A DNA stretch of 64,000 bases from Octopus sinensis (Eukaryota), in the NCBI RefSeq assembly GCF_006345805.1, contig NC_043010.1, positions 18,724,001 to 18,788,000 of the forward strand, given 5' to 3'. Of this stretch, positions 51,146 through 64,000 are shown one piece after another. Each line of letters starts with the position of its first letter. Position 1 is the first letter of the stretch. The notes below the pieces were generated by a model that worked only from the letters and a program-made list of their open reading frames with translations, was not told where the DNA came from and made no database searches. The translations under genes and the position numbers were made by a program.

Positions 51146-51149
51146 AATA

Positions 51150-51661
51150 TATGAGGGTGAGTCAAAATGTAATGCCATTTTATTTAGGACAGGTATAATT
51201 ACCAACACAGGAACATGTAACATACATCAAAATGAAGCTGGTCCTCTGTGGATCACATCCCTACTTCTTAACATAGTCACCGTTTCTCTCAATAGCGATG
51301 TTCCAACTTTGAATGAGAGCATGTATCTCTGCCCCATAAAATTCTGTTGACTGTTCTTTGAGCCACTTCTTCACTACAGTTTTCACTTCCTTGTCACTGG
51401 AATAATGTTTGCCTCTCAAAGACGCTAAATCTGGTGATGAGGAAGTAAAAACTGTAGTGAAAAAGTGGCTCAAAGAACACTCAACAGAATTTTACGGGGC
51501 AGGGATACATGTTCTCATTCGAAGGTGGAACATTGCTATTTAGAGAAACGGTGACTATGTTGAGAAGTAGGGATGTGATCCACAGAGGACCAGCTTCATT
51601 TTGATGTATGATACATGTTCCTGTGTTGGTAATTCCTGTCCTAAACAAAATGGCATTACTT

Positions 51662-51662
<1 letters not shown>
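51150..51662. mobile_element. Mariner-derived fold-back element (two inverted 3' halves)
   Basis: Arms about 51164-51397 and 51434-51662. Each encodes the transposase C-terminus (EVKTVVKKWLKE.STEFYG...RNGDYV.K). TIR-like TATGAGGGTGAGTCAAAA at 51150. Confidence 0.85.
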
Positions 51663-51699
<37 letters not shown>

Positions 51700-51732
51700 T
51701 TTAAAGAAGACAGAAAAAGATGGTGCTCTTAC

Positions 51733-51846
51733 CTTACACAGTTGACACAGTCAGTGTGAGCCCGGCTCTTGTGTCCAATTAATTTTGCATTAAACGGGTC
51801 AAACAGCAAAATACTCTGACGTTCACAGGCAGCAACAAGAATTGAT
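51733..51846 (-). CDS. DCAF10: DCAF10 coding exon 2 (WD40)
   Basis: cag/gtaaga on the minus strand, 114 nt: SILVAACERQSILLFDPFNAKLIGHKSRAHTDCVNCV(R). Not in the ORF track. Confidence 0.93.
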
Positions 51847-52559
51847 CTGGAAAAAAGAAGACTATGTACATCAACATCATTATCATCATCATCATCGTCA
51901 TCGTTGCTGTCATCCTTTAATATTCGGCTTCCATGTTGTCATGAATTAGACAGTCAGATGAGATGTATCTGATTTGGCATGGCTTTTACAGCTGGATGCC
52001 CTCCCTAACACCAACCACTTTACTGAGTGTGCTGGGTGCTTTTTCTTTTTTTTCAGTGCCAGCATGAGTGAGGTTTCCATGTATCTTGCAAGACTATAGA
52101 GTTCCTTCTTTACTGTGTGGAACTATAGGAGAGAGGGAGGTGGCTTTTTGCTAAAAGCCGAGAGTTTAAAGTATGATGGAAAGGATAAAACCAGGTTTGT
52201 TGCTGTAGAGGCTACTTTCTGTGAGAAAGTAGAAGAAATAGGGGTGGAACTGGAAAGAGAGATAAAGGTGATGGCAGTGAGGTATCAGAGCATGCGCTTG
52301 AAGTACAAAAAGGTGAATAAAAGAGGATATTGGGATAAGACAACAGAGAAAGGTGAATGCTAATGAATGGCTGTTCTGACAGGTTATGGTGTTGTGACAT
52401 GTTATGAGACATATCCTGTTTGTGCTAACATGGAATAATGTATATTAAGATGATGATGATGATACACATTTGTACATGCATAATATACGCACACTCATAT
52501 ATATGTAGGCTTGAAATGTTCTGAAAATTTTGTGTTTACATAACTAGAGTAATTCAGAA

Positions 52560-52970
52560 TTATGATTCAGTATTTGGGTCTTGAATGAAGAAAATATGGT
52601 AGGATTCAGCAGTGCAGAGTTGGCAAGGTTTATTTTCTTGGCATGATTGTGCAAGGGAGGATACTTTCCAATTAATGCTAAATGGGATATTTTTTAAAAG
52701 TGTAATTTTTCCTGTTTAGGTTGTGAAAAGAATGTGTGTGATGGCTATATCACATTTTAAACAGGTTTGCTGTTGATACAATATATGTGAATGTGGTTGG
52801 TGTTGTAGTATTAATGATTACAATTATCCTACAGATGATATTACTTGTAATACAGTTTCCATTTAGAGGGCAAAAAGAAGGAGTGTTACAGTTGTAATTG
52901 GTGGTGCTAGGCATGTTGTTTTGGCTTTCATATTTTGAAATTAACCACAGTTTGTTTCTTTTTTTCACAG
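52560..52970 (-). mobile_element. Penelope-like GIY-YIG endonuclease remnant
   Basis: NCNTPSFCPLNGNCITSNII...TYIVSTANLFK resembles the PLE linker CxxxCPLxGxC plus YIGxT. Confidence 0.65.
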
Positions 52971-53174
52971 TTGTGACTTGTGAAGTAAAATATTATCATA
53001 CTGTGTATGTTTATTAGTAGACGGTAGTTGGAGATAAGGTACACTTCATCCTTTCTCTCTCTTCTATTCATCTTTTTGTTTCTTGAGGTCAGTCCTCACC
53101 ACTTCATGATACATAGAGATACATATACATGCATGTATATACATAGATATATATCCACACATATATACATACTC

Positions 53175-53200
<26 letters not shown>

Positions 53201-53211
<11 letters not shown>

Positions 53212-53434
53212 GAAATGAGGTACTCAGAAATCTGGATGGTTTTATATTTACAGATATTTATTAGTATGTTACATGTTTTTATAAATCATATATCATATAT
53301 TAATGCTTTTGTCTACTCTTGTGGAGTCCTTTCGTTCCACCTGCATATGATTTATAAAAAAACATGTAACATACAAATAAATATCTGTAAATATAAAACC
53401 ATCCAGATTTCTGAGTACATTTCTTCTAATATAT
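53201..53434. mobile_element. MITE with ~90-bp inverted arms embedded in (TA)n
   Basis: 53201-53291 is the near reverse complement of 53345-53434. Confidence 0.75.
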
Positions 53435-53699
53435 AATACCTGTACATCACTTCCAAACCTTCTAATATATATATATATATTCATCCTTTTTATATACAAA
53501 TCATCATCATTGTTAAATGTCCAGTTTCCATTCTGGTATGGGTTGAGTAGTTTGACTGGAGCTGGCCAGTTGTCCAGACTCCAATTGTCTTTTCTGACAG
53601 TTTCTACAGCTGGATGCCCAACCTAATGCCAGCTACTCTACAGAGTATGCTGAGTGCCTTTTATGTATCGCTGGCATGGGTGCATTTCACGTGGCACTG

Positions 53700-54320
53700 G
53701 CACCTGTAAAGGACGGGCCTGTATGTGTGAATGACAGTGGTTTTACTTGGCTTGATGCATCTTCTCAAGAACAGCAAATCACTACAACTCCCGGTCCCTT
53801 GTCATTTCCTTCTCAGTGAGGCCCAGTATCTGAAGATCCTTTCTCACAACTTCATCCCATGTCTTACTGGGTCTATCCCTTCCACAAGTTTCCTCCACAA
53901 TTAGAAGTTGGCACTTCTGTATGCAGCATTTCTCATTCATATGCATCACATGACCAAACCAGTGCAGTCTTCTCTCTTGCACACGGCATCCAATGATGCT
54001 TATGCCCAGTTTTCCTCTTCAATCAGTTACACTTTGTCATGCATGCAAACTGACATCACCCATCCAACAGAGCATGCTAGCTTCATTTCTTTCAAGCCTT
54101 CACAAGACCTCTGTAGTCACAACCCATATTTCACTGTCATGTAACATAGTGGTACATACACAGGCATCAAACAATATGCCTTTCACTCTGAGGGAGAGGC
54201 CCTTAGTTACCAACAAAAATAGCTCTCTGAACTTTGCCCAGCCTGTTCTTATTCTAGCAACTATGCTTTCAGAACTTCTTCCTCCTCTGCTAACTTGGTC
54301 TCCTAGAAAACAGAAGCGAT
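53700..54320 (-). mobile_element. Degenerate RTE LINE fragment; further pieces at about 55345-55620 and 56150-56940
   Basis: MQERRLHWFGHVMHM...GRDRPSKTWDEVVRKDL RTE C-terminal motif. Confidence 0.8.
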
Positions 54321-57029
54321 CTACTACTTCTAATGGTCCTCCTTATCATTTTGTCATGGGTTGGTTGGACAGTTTGATAAGAAGCATCTGGTCTAAGGAC
54401 TACATTGTGCTCCACTGTCTCATTTGGCATGATTTCTACAACTGGATGCCCTTCCTAATGCCAACCACTTGACAGAGTGTGCTGGGTGTCTTTTATGTGG
54501 TAGCAACACTCGTGAGGTTACCATGTTGCTTGCAAGACATGATTTTCAAATGAGTGGAGTTACAGAAGAGTATTTGGTGGCTTTACGCTTGAGATGAGGT
54601 ACTAAAGTGGGAAATGGTTCTAGGTAGGGAGAAAGATATATGATATCAGGGAAAACCTGGTGAAGCATGCAGTTATGCTCACATTTAATTACAGCAAGAA
54701 AATTCTGTAGTTAGAGAAGTGGTGGGGATGTCTTGAGGAGGAAATTGGGTGAGAAAGTCCATTTGAGAATATATTTATAAATATACTGCATTTTCAGAAT
54801 ATTAGGTTTTGCTGAAATGGGTCGATCTTTGCAAGAACGGCATATCACCAGACATCCTGGTCCTTTGATATCTCCTGCAGAAGGTTCAAGATCCTGAAAT
54901 TAGCCATCACCACTTTATCCCATATTTCTCTGGGTCTCCCTTTCCTACAAGGTCCCTTCACATTAAGTAATCAGCACTTTACTCTTTTACTTGTTTCAGT
55001 CATTTGACTGTGGCCATGCTGGAGCACCACCTTTAGTCGAGCAAGTCAACCCCAGGACTTATTCTATTGATCTCTTTTGTTGAACCGCTAAGTTACAGGG
55101 ACGTAAACACACCTGCATCAGTTGTCAAGCGATGTTGGGGGGACAAACATATACACACACATACATACATAAATATATATATATATGCATATACAACGGG
55201 CTTCTTTCAGTTTCCGTCTACCAAATCCACTCACAAGGCTTTGGTCGGCCCGAGGCTATAGAAGAAGACACTTGCCCAAGGTGCCACACAGTGGGACTGA
55301 ACCCGGAACCATGTGGTTGGTAAGCAAGCTACTTACCACAAAGCCACCATCTCGAGTCCTCTTTCTTGCACATCTGATTCCTCTTAATACCGTTTTTCTC
55401 TCAACACATTTGTACTTTGTCATTCATGCACGCTCACATTGTACATCCAATGGAGCATGCTCACTTCATTTCTTTCCAGTCTACTCAGGTCCTCTGCATT
55501 CAAGACCCATCTCCCATTACAATGCAACATTGCAGTACTAAAACAAACATCATACAACCTGCCCTTCACTCTGAGGGAAAAAAAACAAACCTTTCTTACC
55601 AATAGTGGTTGTGGCTCCTTGAACTATCCCCAACCCTGTCATATTCTGTATTATAGCAACCACCTCCCCTAAAAATTACATCTCCTAAGTAAGAAAAGCT
55701 ATTGACTCATTCTAGTTGAGTATCCAGACATTTAAGAGAATCTGTTTCCACCGTACTTATAATGTCCACTGCTCCAGTGCATCTATCACAGATGATGTTC
55801 AATTTCTCTGTCTGCCTCAGATTCCATTACCTCTCTTGTATGTCCATGGCTTACATAGGGTACAGCATATGGAGTATATACCTCCTCCTTTCCTGCATAT
55901 CGAACAAGGCCATTTCCCTGAAGGTACCAGAGTCCTGTCCTTTTTCCTGCATACTAAAACTTTAGTCTCTCTTAAATTTATTGTGAAGCCTCTTCATTCC
56001 AGGTTTGGAATTTCCTCTCTAATTCCCCAATAGATTCATTTAGGAGAATTAAAGCATCAACATATAGGAACTCCCATGGACAGCCAGTCATAAACTCCTC
56101 TGTGTTGGCCCACAGGACTAAGGTGACTAAGCGAGGACTGAACCTTGGTGCACTCATGCCACCAGGCTAGATTCTTCACTGAAATTGATGTTGATTCTCG
56201 CTTTACTCACTGAAAGTTGCTGCATCGCTTGTACAGCCTCCACAAGCTATTCATCCACACCAAGTAATCACCAAATCACAGCAAGTGGTACCCAGTTTAA
56301 AGCCCCCTTTGAATCAATGTCAGGAGCAGGGGTTTACTTTTAGCTAAGGAGTTCTCCTGTGGTTGTTTCCTTGATACCGCTTTCAAGCATGGAGACAAAT
56401 TGCATCTCATCTAAATTTACTGTAATGGATGATACTGCTATACCAGTCATTGGGTATGACACCTTCCTGTATAACTTGATGAATTATCCAGGTGGTAATT
56501 AGGTATCCTACTTCACCAGATCTTCTGAGCATCTCCGCTACTAGCTCTGATGAAGCTGCAGCTTTCCCACTCTTCGAGTCCTTAATCGCTTTATCTACCA
56601 CAATGCTGGCAACTGGATTTGCTGGTCCCTCTCTAAGGTTAGCATGAGGTAACTCTTCTTTATTCCATGTATTCTCCACTTTCATCAGCTTCTCATAACA
56701 GCACTTCCATGCTACTTGGTTGTTTCTTGGCAGCCACAGATATCAAGTTATCCACCATCCAATCAATAATCAACACGCATGCCACTGGTTCTCAGCTGCT
56801 GACTTTGGCTGTTTCAGGAAAAACTGCCAGTGTCTCCCAAATATGCCTGCAAAACCCCATTTAAGGGGAACAACTCTGCTAAACATAAGTAAGAAATTTT
56901 GGTCAAAAGATCATTACACAAGTGAAGGCTGTGTATGATGAAGATCAAAAACTAAAAAAATATTTCAAAAGCATGTTTTCACATAAGTATACTCTGCCTT
57001 AGAGAAGGCTGTTCTTACAAAGACAGAGA

Positions 57030-57210
57030 AAACTACCAAACACTAAGGTTATAATATTCAAAGCATCAACCAGAGTGGACAACACCATTTGCATTAAAAG
57101 GTACATGGGGCTTATAGAAGGTAACTTTAAAGCAAGATTAAATAACCATACCACTTCTTTTGCAAAGAGGAACAAACACAACACCACAAAGCTGCCATGC
57201 ATCTGGAAGG
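57030..57210 (+). mobile_element. Penelope-like GIY-YIG remnant
   Basis: RYMGLIEGNFKARLNNHTTSF...TTKL..IWK matches YIGxTE..FK.R.NNH..SF. Confidence 0.7.
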
Positions 57211-57487
57211 GATCAGAAGTGATTGTCAATGAATTGCTGACTTCACCAGCCCCAATTTCTGGCCCCATAATCCCAAGGATTACTATGTGTGGGGCATGAC
57301 CGAGAAGGACACCAATCGCTCTACCTGCAACACCAAGGTGAAGCTGGTGGCCAAAATCAGGGAGATGCTTGAAGATTGAAGATCTTCCCAGGGACACAGT
57401 GAGGAATGTGTGCACCAGGTTCCAGAACCACCTTGAGGCTGTGGTGGAAGATGAGGGCTAATAATACTCTGAGGAGTAGTATTAGCC

Positions 57488-57543
<56 letters not shown>

Positions 57544-59791
57544 GGCTAGTACTACTCTGAGGAGACATTTTTGGACTTTTTAAAATACATTTACTTTTGT
57601 TTGAGATTTTGTCTTTTCTTTTTCTTTATGCAAAACTGTCAAATATAGCCTGAACCCTTTATGTATAGACACAGGCACGGCTGTGTTTTCTGCCCAGTCA
57701 TGCCATGTGGTGATGGAGTCAGCCCAACTGCATGCGACCTTGGACAAGTCCCTTCCACTTTATCCCCAAGCTTGCAAGCAGATTTGGTAGGCAGGATACA
57801 CACACACACACGCTTATGTGTGTGTGTGTTGCAAACGAGTTCAGTTCATTTACTTTCCATCATGAAAATCATGTCTGGTCCTGGGAAAACTTTACCTTGC
57901 TTGGTAACAAGTGAGGGTCAGTGACAGGAAAGGCATCTGGCTGTAGAAATACTGACTCAGTAAAAGCTGGTTGCCCCATGCAAGCATGGAAAAGTAGACA
58001 TTAAGACGATCATGATGATATATCACCACCATATACACACACATTTTTTATATGTGTGTGTATGTATATATACCATATGTTTGTATGTGTACAAAATGTG
58101 TGTGTGTATGTGTGCATGTGTATGAAAGAAATGGCAATTGATAACATGGATGGGATCTATGGATGAGGAAGACCCAGGAAGATGTGGGATGAAGTAGTGA
58201 GGATTGACCTCAGGACATTGAGTTTCACAGAAGTTATGAGAATGGTCCAAGATGGCTAGTAATTTGCTAGTCGGCCCTGGGTTCAAAAAGCTTACCATTC
58301 CAACCGTCCCCCACAACCCATCCCCCTATTGTTCCTCTAACTACAGCATCGTTTATTCAGCTGTTGCAATTATGAACAGAGATGCACACACTTCATCTCC
58401 AACACTTTTGGACTACTAAGTTCCCCTCCTCATGTCACCCACCACCCATTCACAATATTATCCCATACCATTATTGAAAATCATCTCATATTAGCCATCG
58501 ACCTCCCCTACCACCTACCCTGTCCATCACCTTTTTTGTACTGCCATTTACCACACCCTCCTCCCCGACCCACTCCTATTTCCTTCACCTTCTTCCCTTT
58601 CTCAAACTGATATTCACCATTGACCACACCCCCACTTCTTCCCTGTTAACCATTCACTCCATCATCTATTGTCCCTACCTCTAACCATCTGTCCCTCACC
58701 TTACACCCTTACAAATTTATCTGCTTTGCACCTGTTCCTTTCCCTATACCCTTCACATTCACTGTCTTGTACCTTAAGGGTCGTCCAGACCATCATTGCC
58801 CCTCATCTTTATCCAGACACCTCACCACCACCTTCCTTCCGTTTCCATCTGCAGCAGCCATATATCTTCTCTTCAGCAAGACACCTGTTCTTACCCTTCT
58901 ACCATCCTCTCATCTCCTCACGCCATCCCCCACAATACTACACTTCCTCAATCAAGAGGTTGTGTAAGCTACACAGTGACTTCACTATTTAATGCCAGTG
59001 ACACACAAAAAAGCATGCAATACACTCTGTAAAGTGGTTGGTGTTAGAAAAAGCATCCAGCGGACAAACCTGTAAAAACCATGCCAGAATAGAAAATGGA
59101 AACCCAATGTAGTCTTCTGTTCTGTCAGATCTTGTCAAAACGTCCAACTGATGCCAGGATGGAATACTGACGATAAATGATGATAAAGACGATGATACAT
59201 TATATATATTATATGGTAAGCAAGAGTGGCTGTGTGGTTAAGAATCTTGTTTCTAATCCATGTGGTCTACGGTTCAATCTTACTGTGCAGCACCTTTAGC
59301 AAGTGTCTTCTACTATAGCCCCGGGCCGAACAACAGCCTGTAAGTGGATTTGGTTGATGGATGACGGAAAGAAGCGCATTCTGCGCGCGAGAGTGCGTGT
59401 GAAGATTACACGATGGTTGTAAACGAGATGCCTTGTCATACAAACGAAATTGTTCATTTCCAGTCTTCCGCGAAAAACAAGTCTGGCCATGGGGGAAATA
59501 CCACCTTGTTTGGAAACAGGTGAGGATTGGTAACAGGAAGGACATTTGGGTGTAGAATATCTACCTCAACAAATTCTGTCTGATCCATGCTAACACGGAA
59601 AAGTGGACGTGAAATGATGATGATATATACAGACATACATAAACACATGCATAGCACATATATATACACATATACATACATATGCATACATACATATATA
59701 TATATATAAATATATACATACATGCATATATACATACATATATATATACACACATACATATATACATACATATATATATATACACACATAC

Positions 59792-59869
<78 letters not shown>

Positions 59870-60048
59870 TATATAAACAATATCACCTTATGAACAGCAT
59901 CACTATTGCTAGCAAGGTTCTCATAAAAGTGGTCGTGTCCCTAGGGTGGAGAAACAAAGATTGTGTCGTGTGATAGGAACGAACCTACAGCATCACCACC
60001 ACCACTAACAACTACAACATCTATCAGGACAGCAGCAGGTTTGCTTAC

Positions 60049-60248
60049 CCTTCTGGAGAGAAATCGAAGTTGAAGATACCTCCGTGGTGCGTGTGCTCGG
60101 AGGTCTTATCTGGTTCCCACGTCTGTACGGCTTCGAAACTGGAATAAAGGCCACAGTACATCTGTGACAGATCGCCAAGTGCGTGTTTCAGTCCCAGCTC
60201 TCGTTTGCGCTGCCAGCGCCACGGTTCAAACGGAGAATAAGACGCCAT
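60049..60248 (-). CDS. DCAF10: DCAF10/WDR32 coding exon 1
   Basis: ATG at 60248 with an in-frame TAA 9 nt upstream. MASYSPFEPWRWQRKRELG...HGGIFNFDFSPE(G), then gtaagc donor in phase 2. Confidence 0.88.
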
Positions 60249-60574
60249 AGTTCTTTAATTAGGAGAAGGCATTAAAGACTATTAGTAGACAGGATGCTAA
60301 CAGATAGATTAAATGAAAGACAGACGGAAATAAAAAATAAAAACGGGGGGGAAATAAAAAAAAAATAAACACTTGGACAGCGTCAATGAGGTAACATGGA
60401 ACGAAGCTGGCTGTTATGACTGTTACCTCCAGTTGTCTCCCTTCTGTTTCACCCTCTCCTACTACATGTGGGCGTATGTGTGTGTGTGTGTGTGCGCGGG
60501 TGTGTGGGTTGTTGTAATTGCAGCATTTCTAATTGTACATCACTAAACGTATATATATTGAGTATTGCTAATTC

Positions 60575-60644
60575 TCTCTCTCTCTTTCTCTCTCTCTCTC
60601 TTTCTCTCTCTCTCTTTCTTTCTCTTTCTTTCTTTCTTTCTTTC

Positions 60645-60703
<59 letters not shown>

Positions 60704-60758
60704 CTCTCTCCCTCTCTCTTTCTTTCTCTCTCTCTCTCTTTCTCCCCTCTCTCTCTTA

Positions 60759-60802
<44 letters not shown>

Positions 60803-60850
60803 GTCTCTCTGTCTCTCTGTCTCTCTGTCTGTCTCTCTCTCTCTCTCATC
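60575..60850. repeat. (CT)n/(CTTT)n polypyrimidine microsatellite upstream of DCAF10
   Basis: Direct inspection. Confidence 0.95.
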
Positions 60851-62039
60851 TTTTACTTGTTTCAGTCATAGGACTGCTGCAGCCATGCTGGAGCACCACC
60901 TTCAAGAATTTAGCTGGGCAAATCATCCCCCACCACCGGTACTTATTTCTAAGGCCTAGTATTTATTCTATCGGACTGTCTTGACGAACCGTTAAGTTAC
61001 AGGGATGTTAACTAACCAACATCTTGGGTGGGGTTGGGGGGGGGACAAACAATCACTCACACACACACACTATATGTGTGTACGCCCGCACGGACACGCA
61101 TGACGTGTTTCTAAGGGTTTCCACGTACCGAATCTACTCATGAGGTTTTGGTCAGCCAGGGTCATTAGTAGAAGACATTTGCACATGGTGCCACGCGATG
61201 TTGGACTGACCCCAAATTCCTCATGATTGTAATGAATATATATTTATATATGTGTATGTATGGGTGTGTGCATGTATACATATATAGATACATATTTACA
61301 CACATGATATATAGATATATCATCATCATCATTGTCATCATTTAATGTCCGATTTCCATGCGTTGGACGGTTTGACAGGAGCTGGCAAGCCAGAGGACTC
61401 CACCTAGCTCCACTCTCTGTTTTGGTATGGTCTCTACAGCTGGATGCCCTTCCTAATGCCAACCAAGTTGCAGAGCGTATTGGGTGCCAGAGAGAGAATT
61501 AGCAATGCTGTATGTATTTATGTATTTATTAATACACAGTTTTTAATGCTGCAATCACACGTGTATATATACCTATACATACACAGACAAACACAAACAC
61601 ACACACATATTTACATATATTTATACATACATGTGTGTGTGTATGTGTTTGAGAGAGAGAGAGAGAGTGTGGTGTGTGTGTGTGTGTAGGAGATATACAA
61701 TGGATTTATGACCAGGAATAGGAACCTTGATTTTTGCATTTGTTTCTGTGAGTTTCCTTGTTCTGTTTCTAAAGAGACAAGGCACCATTCCTTCAGGGAA
61801 ACAAGACAGTCATGGATTAAGGGCAACAAATGCATCTGTCTGCTATTAAAGTCGCCTTTTCTTCATTAATAACCATTTCACAAGTACCTCCTTCCTTGGT
61901 GACACAGGCCCTGAAGTCAGCATCATTCCAGTTTCCCTAACACCATTTACAAAAATACCATCATCAATTTTTTTGACAATAATCAGTTCTTCTCCAATTT
62001 CTACTTTTGACAAATTCTAGACCTAGGCCTTCATCCTGT

Positions 62040-62540
62040 TTTCCAATGGTTTCTGTCACCATTAAGTTGTTGGTTCCTATATTAGCAGCAGATTTCCATC
62101 GTCAGTTCAGTCTTTTAGTAAATGTTAGACATTGCAAGCTTCTTGATACTGCTACCAATATCATTACGTGCCACATAACTGCTCGGATATCCAGTCAGCC
62201 TCATTATTTTGCAGGCAGCAATCACACAGTGCAACTGTTGTTATCCTCATGTATCGAAACACCACTCATCCAGTGTATAGAGACAACTCAAACACAGTAT
62301 TATCAACCACATTGAGACTCAACAACTGCTGTGAGACCATGAAGACTCCCTACAGATCATTTGAAGACCTCATAGCAGGAATTCCAACACGTTGCTAGCC
62401 CTTGGACTTATTCATCCATCAAATAGCAACTTGTGATTGCTACTACATTTGGTCTTGAAGAAAGCAGCAGGGGATTGGTGCCCTTGCAGGAATTATTGTA
62501 CACTCAACAACGGCATCGTACAATACCTACTCAATCCCTC
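62040..62540 (+). mobile_element. Degenerate Ty3/Gypsy protease-RT fragment
   Basis: ILAADFHRQFSLLVNVRH and frameshifted LGLIHPSNS...LHLVLKKAAGDWCPCRNYCTLN. Confidence 0.7.
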
Positions 62541-63169
62541 TCTTGCTTGATTTTTCTAGTTTTCTCTATGGAACTCGTATTTTTTTGAAAATCAATCTTG
62601 TGAGAGCATACAACCAAATCCTGGTCAAACCTGCAGATATTACAAAACTAGCAATCATAACATCTTTCAGTTATTTTGAATTTCTTTGAATGTCTTTTGG
62701 CCTACATAATACCACACAGACATTCCACTGTTTTATTGATACTGTAAAATGTGTGGTGTCTTTTTGTCAAAGCATTTATCAATTGTTTAGCAAATTATTC
62801 TGAAGAACATGAAAAGTATTTGTTTTTCCAATGTTTGGTTGAGTCTGGCATTGTTATTAACCTCAACAGGTGTGTATACTGAGTTACATTTTTATCATTC
62901 CTTGGACCCATCATCAATGAGGAGAGAATGCACCCACTCCCTGAGGAAGTAGAGTCCTTTGTGGATTTTTCAGCACTTATATCATTGAGGAATCTGCTTG
63001 AATTTCTGGTTTTGATAAATTTTTGTAGGAGTTTCATTCCTTCCTGCAAACACTCGCATCTAACATTTCCCTTCCTCAATTTCAGACTGACAAGCGTTTG
63101 TAAGGAGAACAGAATTGCCGTTCACGTTTCCCGTTTGCATTTGCCTGTGCTGATACTTCTGCCTTTACT

Positions 63170-63990
63170 GTCATTTGTTGCCTCTCTCAACTGTTTGCTA
63201 TTTTTGGAATGCCATCATATGTCCACAGTGATAGAGGACCTGCGTTTATGCCAGAGGAATTGAGATCTTTCTGACTACAGCGAGGAGTAGCAACAAGTCG
63301 CACAACTCCATAGAATCCTCATTGCAATGGTCAGGTGGAGAGGCTGAATGGTACGCTTTGGAAAGCCATAACCCTATCCCTCAAATCCCATGCTTTGCCA
63401 ATCACTCATTGGGAGCAAGTACTTACAGATGCTCTGCACTCTACCAGGTCGCTGCTCTGCACAGCTACAAATGAAACTCCACACGAATGCCTGTTTTCCT
63501 CCAACTGCAAATCTACGATGGGAACAACACTCCCGGACCTGTGAACTTAAAAAGGGCTGTCAGACCATCCAAGTACGAGCCCCTGGTTGATGAAGTAGAA
63601 CTTTTAGACTGTAACCCTCCATATGCACATGTACGTTTATCTGATGGACGGGAAACAAGTGTGTCACTGAGACAGCTGGCTCCAATCCCTGAGACTTTGA
63701 TCGATCAACAAAACACACGTACTTTGAAACTACAAACTGTAGAAATCACCTGAAAGTAATGAGGTAAACATTGAACATACTCCCCAAGACACTCCAGAGA
63801 CTGATAATATTAATCAACGTGTTGAGCAGCCAGAACAACAGACACCTCATAAACAGCATGTTTGGAAAAGAGAATCTATCAGTGACTTCAGAACCAGACC
63901 ATATAATCTACGCAGTAGAGAAGTTTGAAACATTCTGTGCCTATCCATTCAACCCCTGGACTTCTGTTTTCTAGTGGGGGAGAACGTTGT
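63170..63990 (+). mobile_element. Degenerate Ty3/Gypsy integrase with putative polypurine tract
   Basis: FGMPSYVHSDRGPAF...NGQVERLNGTLWKAI...TNETPHE, C-terminal YAHVRLSDGRETSVSLRQLAP, and PPT-like AGTGGGGGAGAA at about 63973. Confidence 0.8.
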
Positions 63991-64000
63991 GAGAATGCAG

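Noticed and set aside
6001-60248. PDCD4-IMMP1L-DCAF10 as a functional cluster
   Set aside because: No shared pathway or regulatory link is evident from the sequence; adjacency alone is not evidence.

Overview
AT-rich, repeat-dense eukaryotic genomic DNA. The SINE, RTE-tail and microsatellite content looks like an octopod cephalopod (inference). Three protein-coding genes are supported. (1) PDCD4, + strand: nine phase-consistent coding exons from 6001 to 17705; the N-terminal exon(s) were not found and probably lie upstream of the window. (2) IMMP1L, + strand: a single-exon CDS at 33988-34473. (3) DCAF10/WDR32, - strand: six coding exons from 60248 to 45654, 715 aa, with a roughly 295-aa low-complexity insertion in the last exon. 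The rest is mobile-element debris: tRNA-derived SINEs, RTE 3' tails, Penelope-like fragments, mariner/Tc1 remnants and MITEs, a non-autonomous Helitron, an R4/Dong-like fragment and Gypsy fragments. Most short ORFs in the track are spurious. The most notable observation is a small repeat, present in five copies, that carries a minimal type I hammerhead ribozyme motif. One copy follows a tRNA-like Pol III head, and two insertions are inverted pairs flanked by target-site duplications. This suggests a Penelope-mobilised, ribozyme-bearing SINE or retrozyme-like family. Several long fold-back palindromes are also present.
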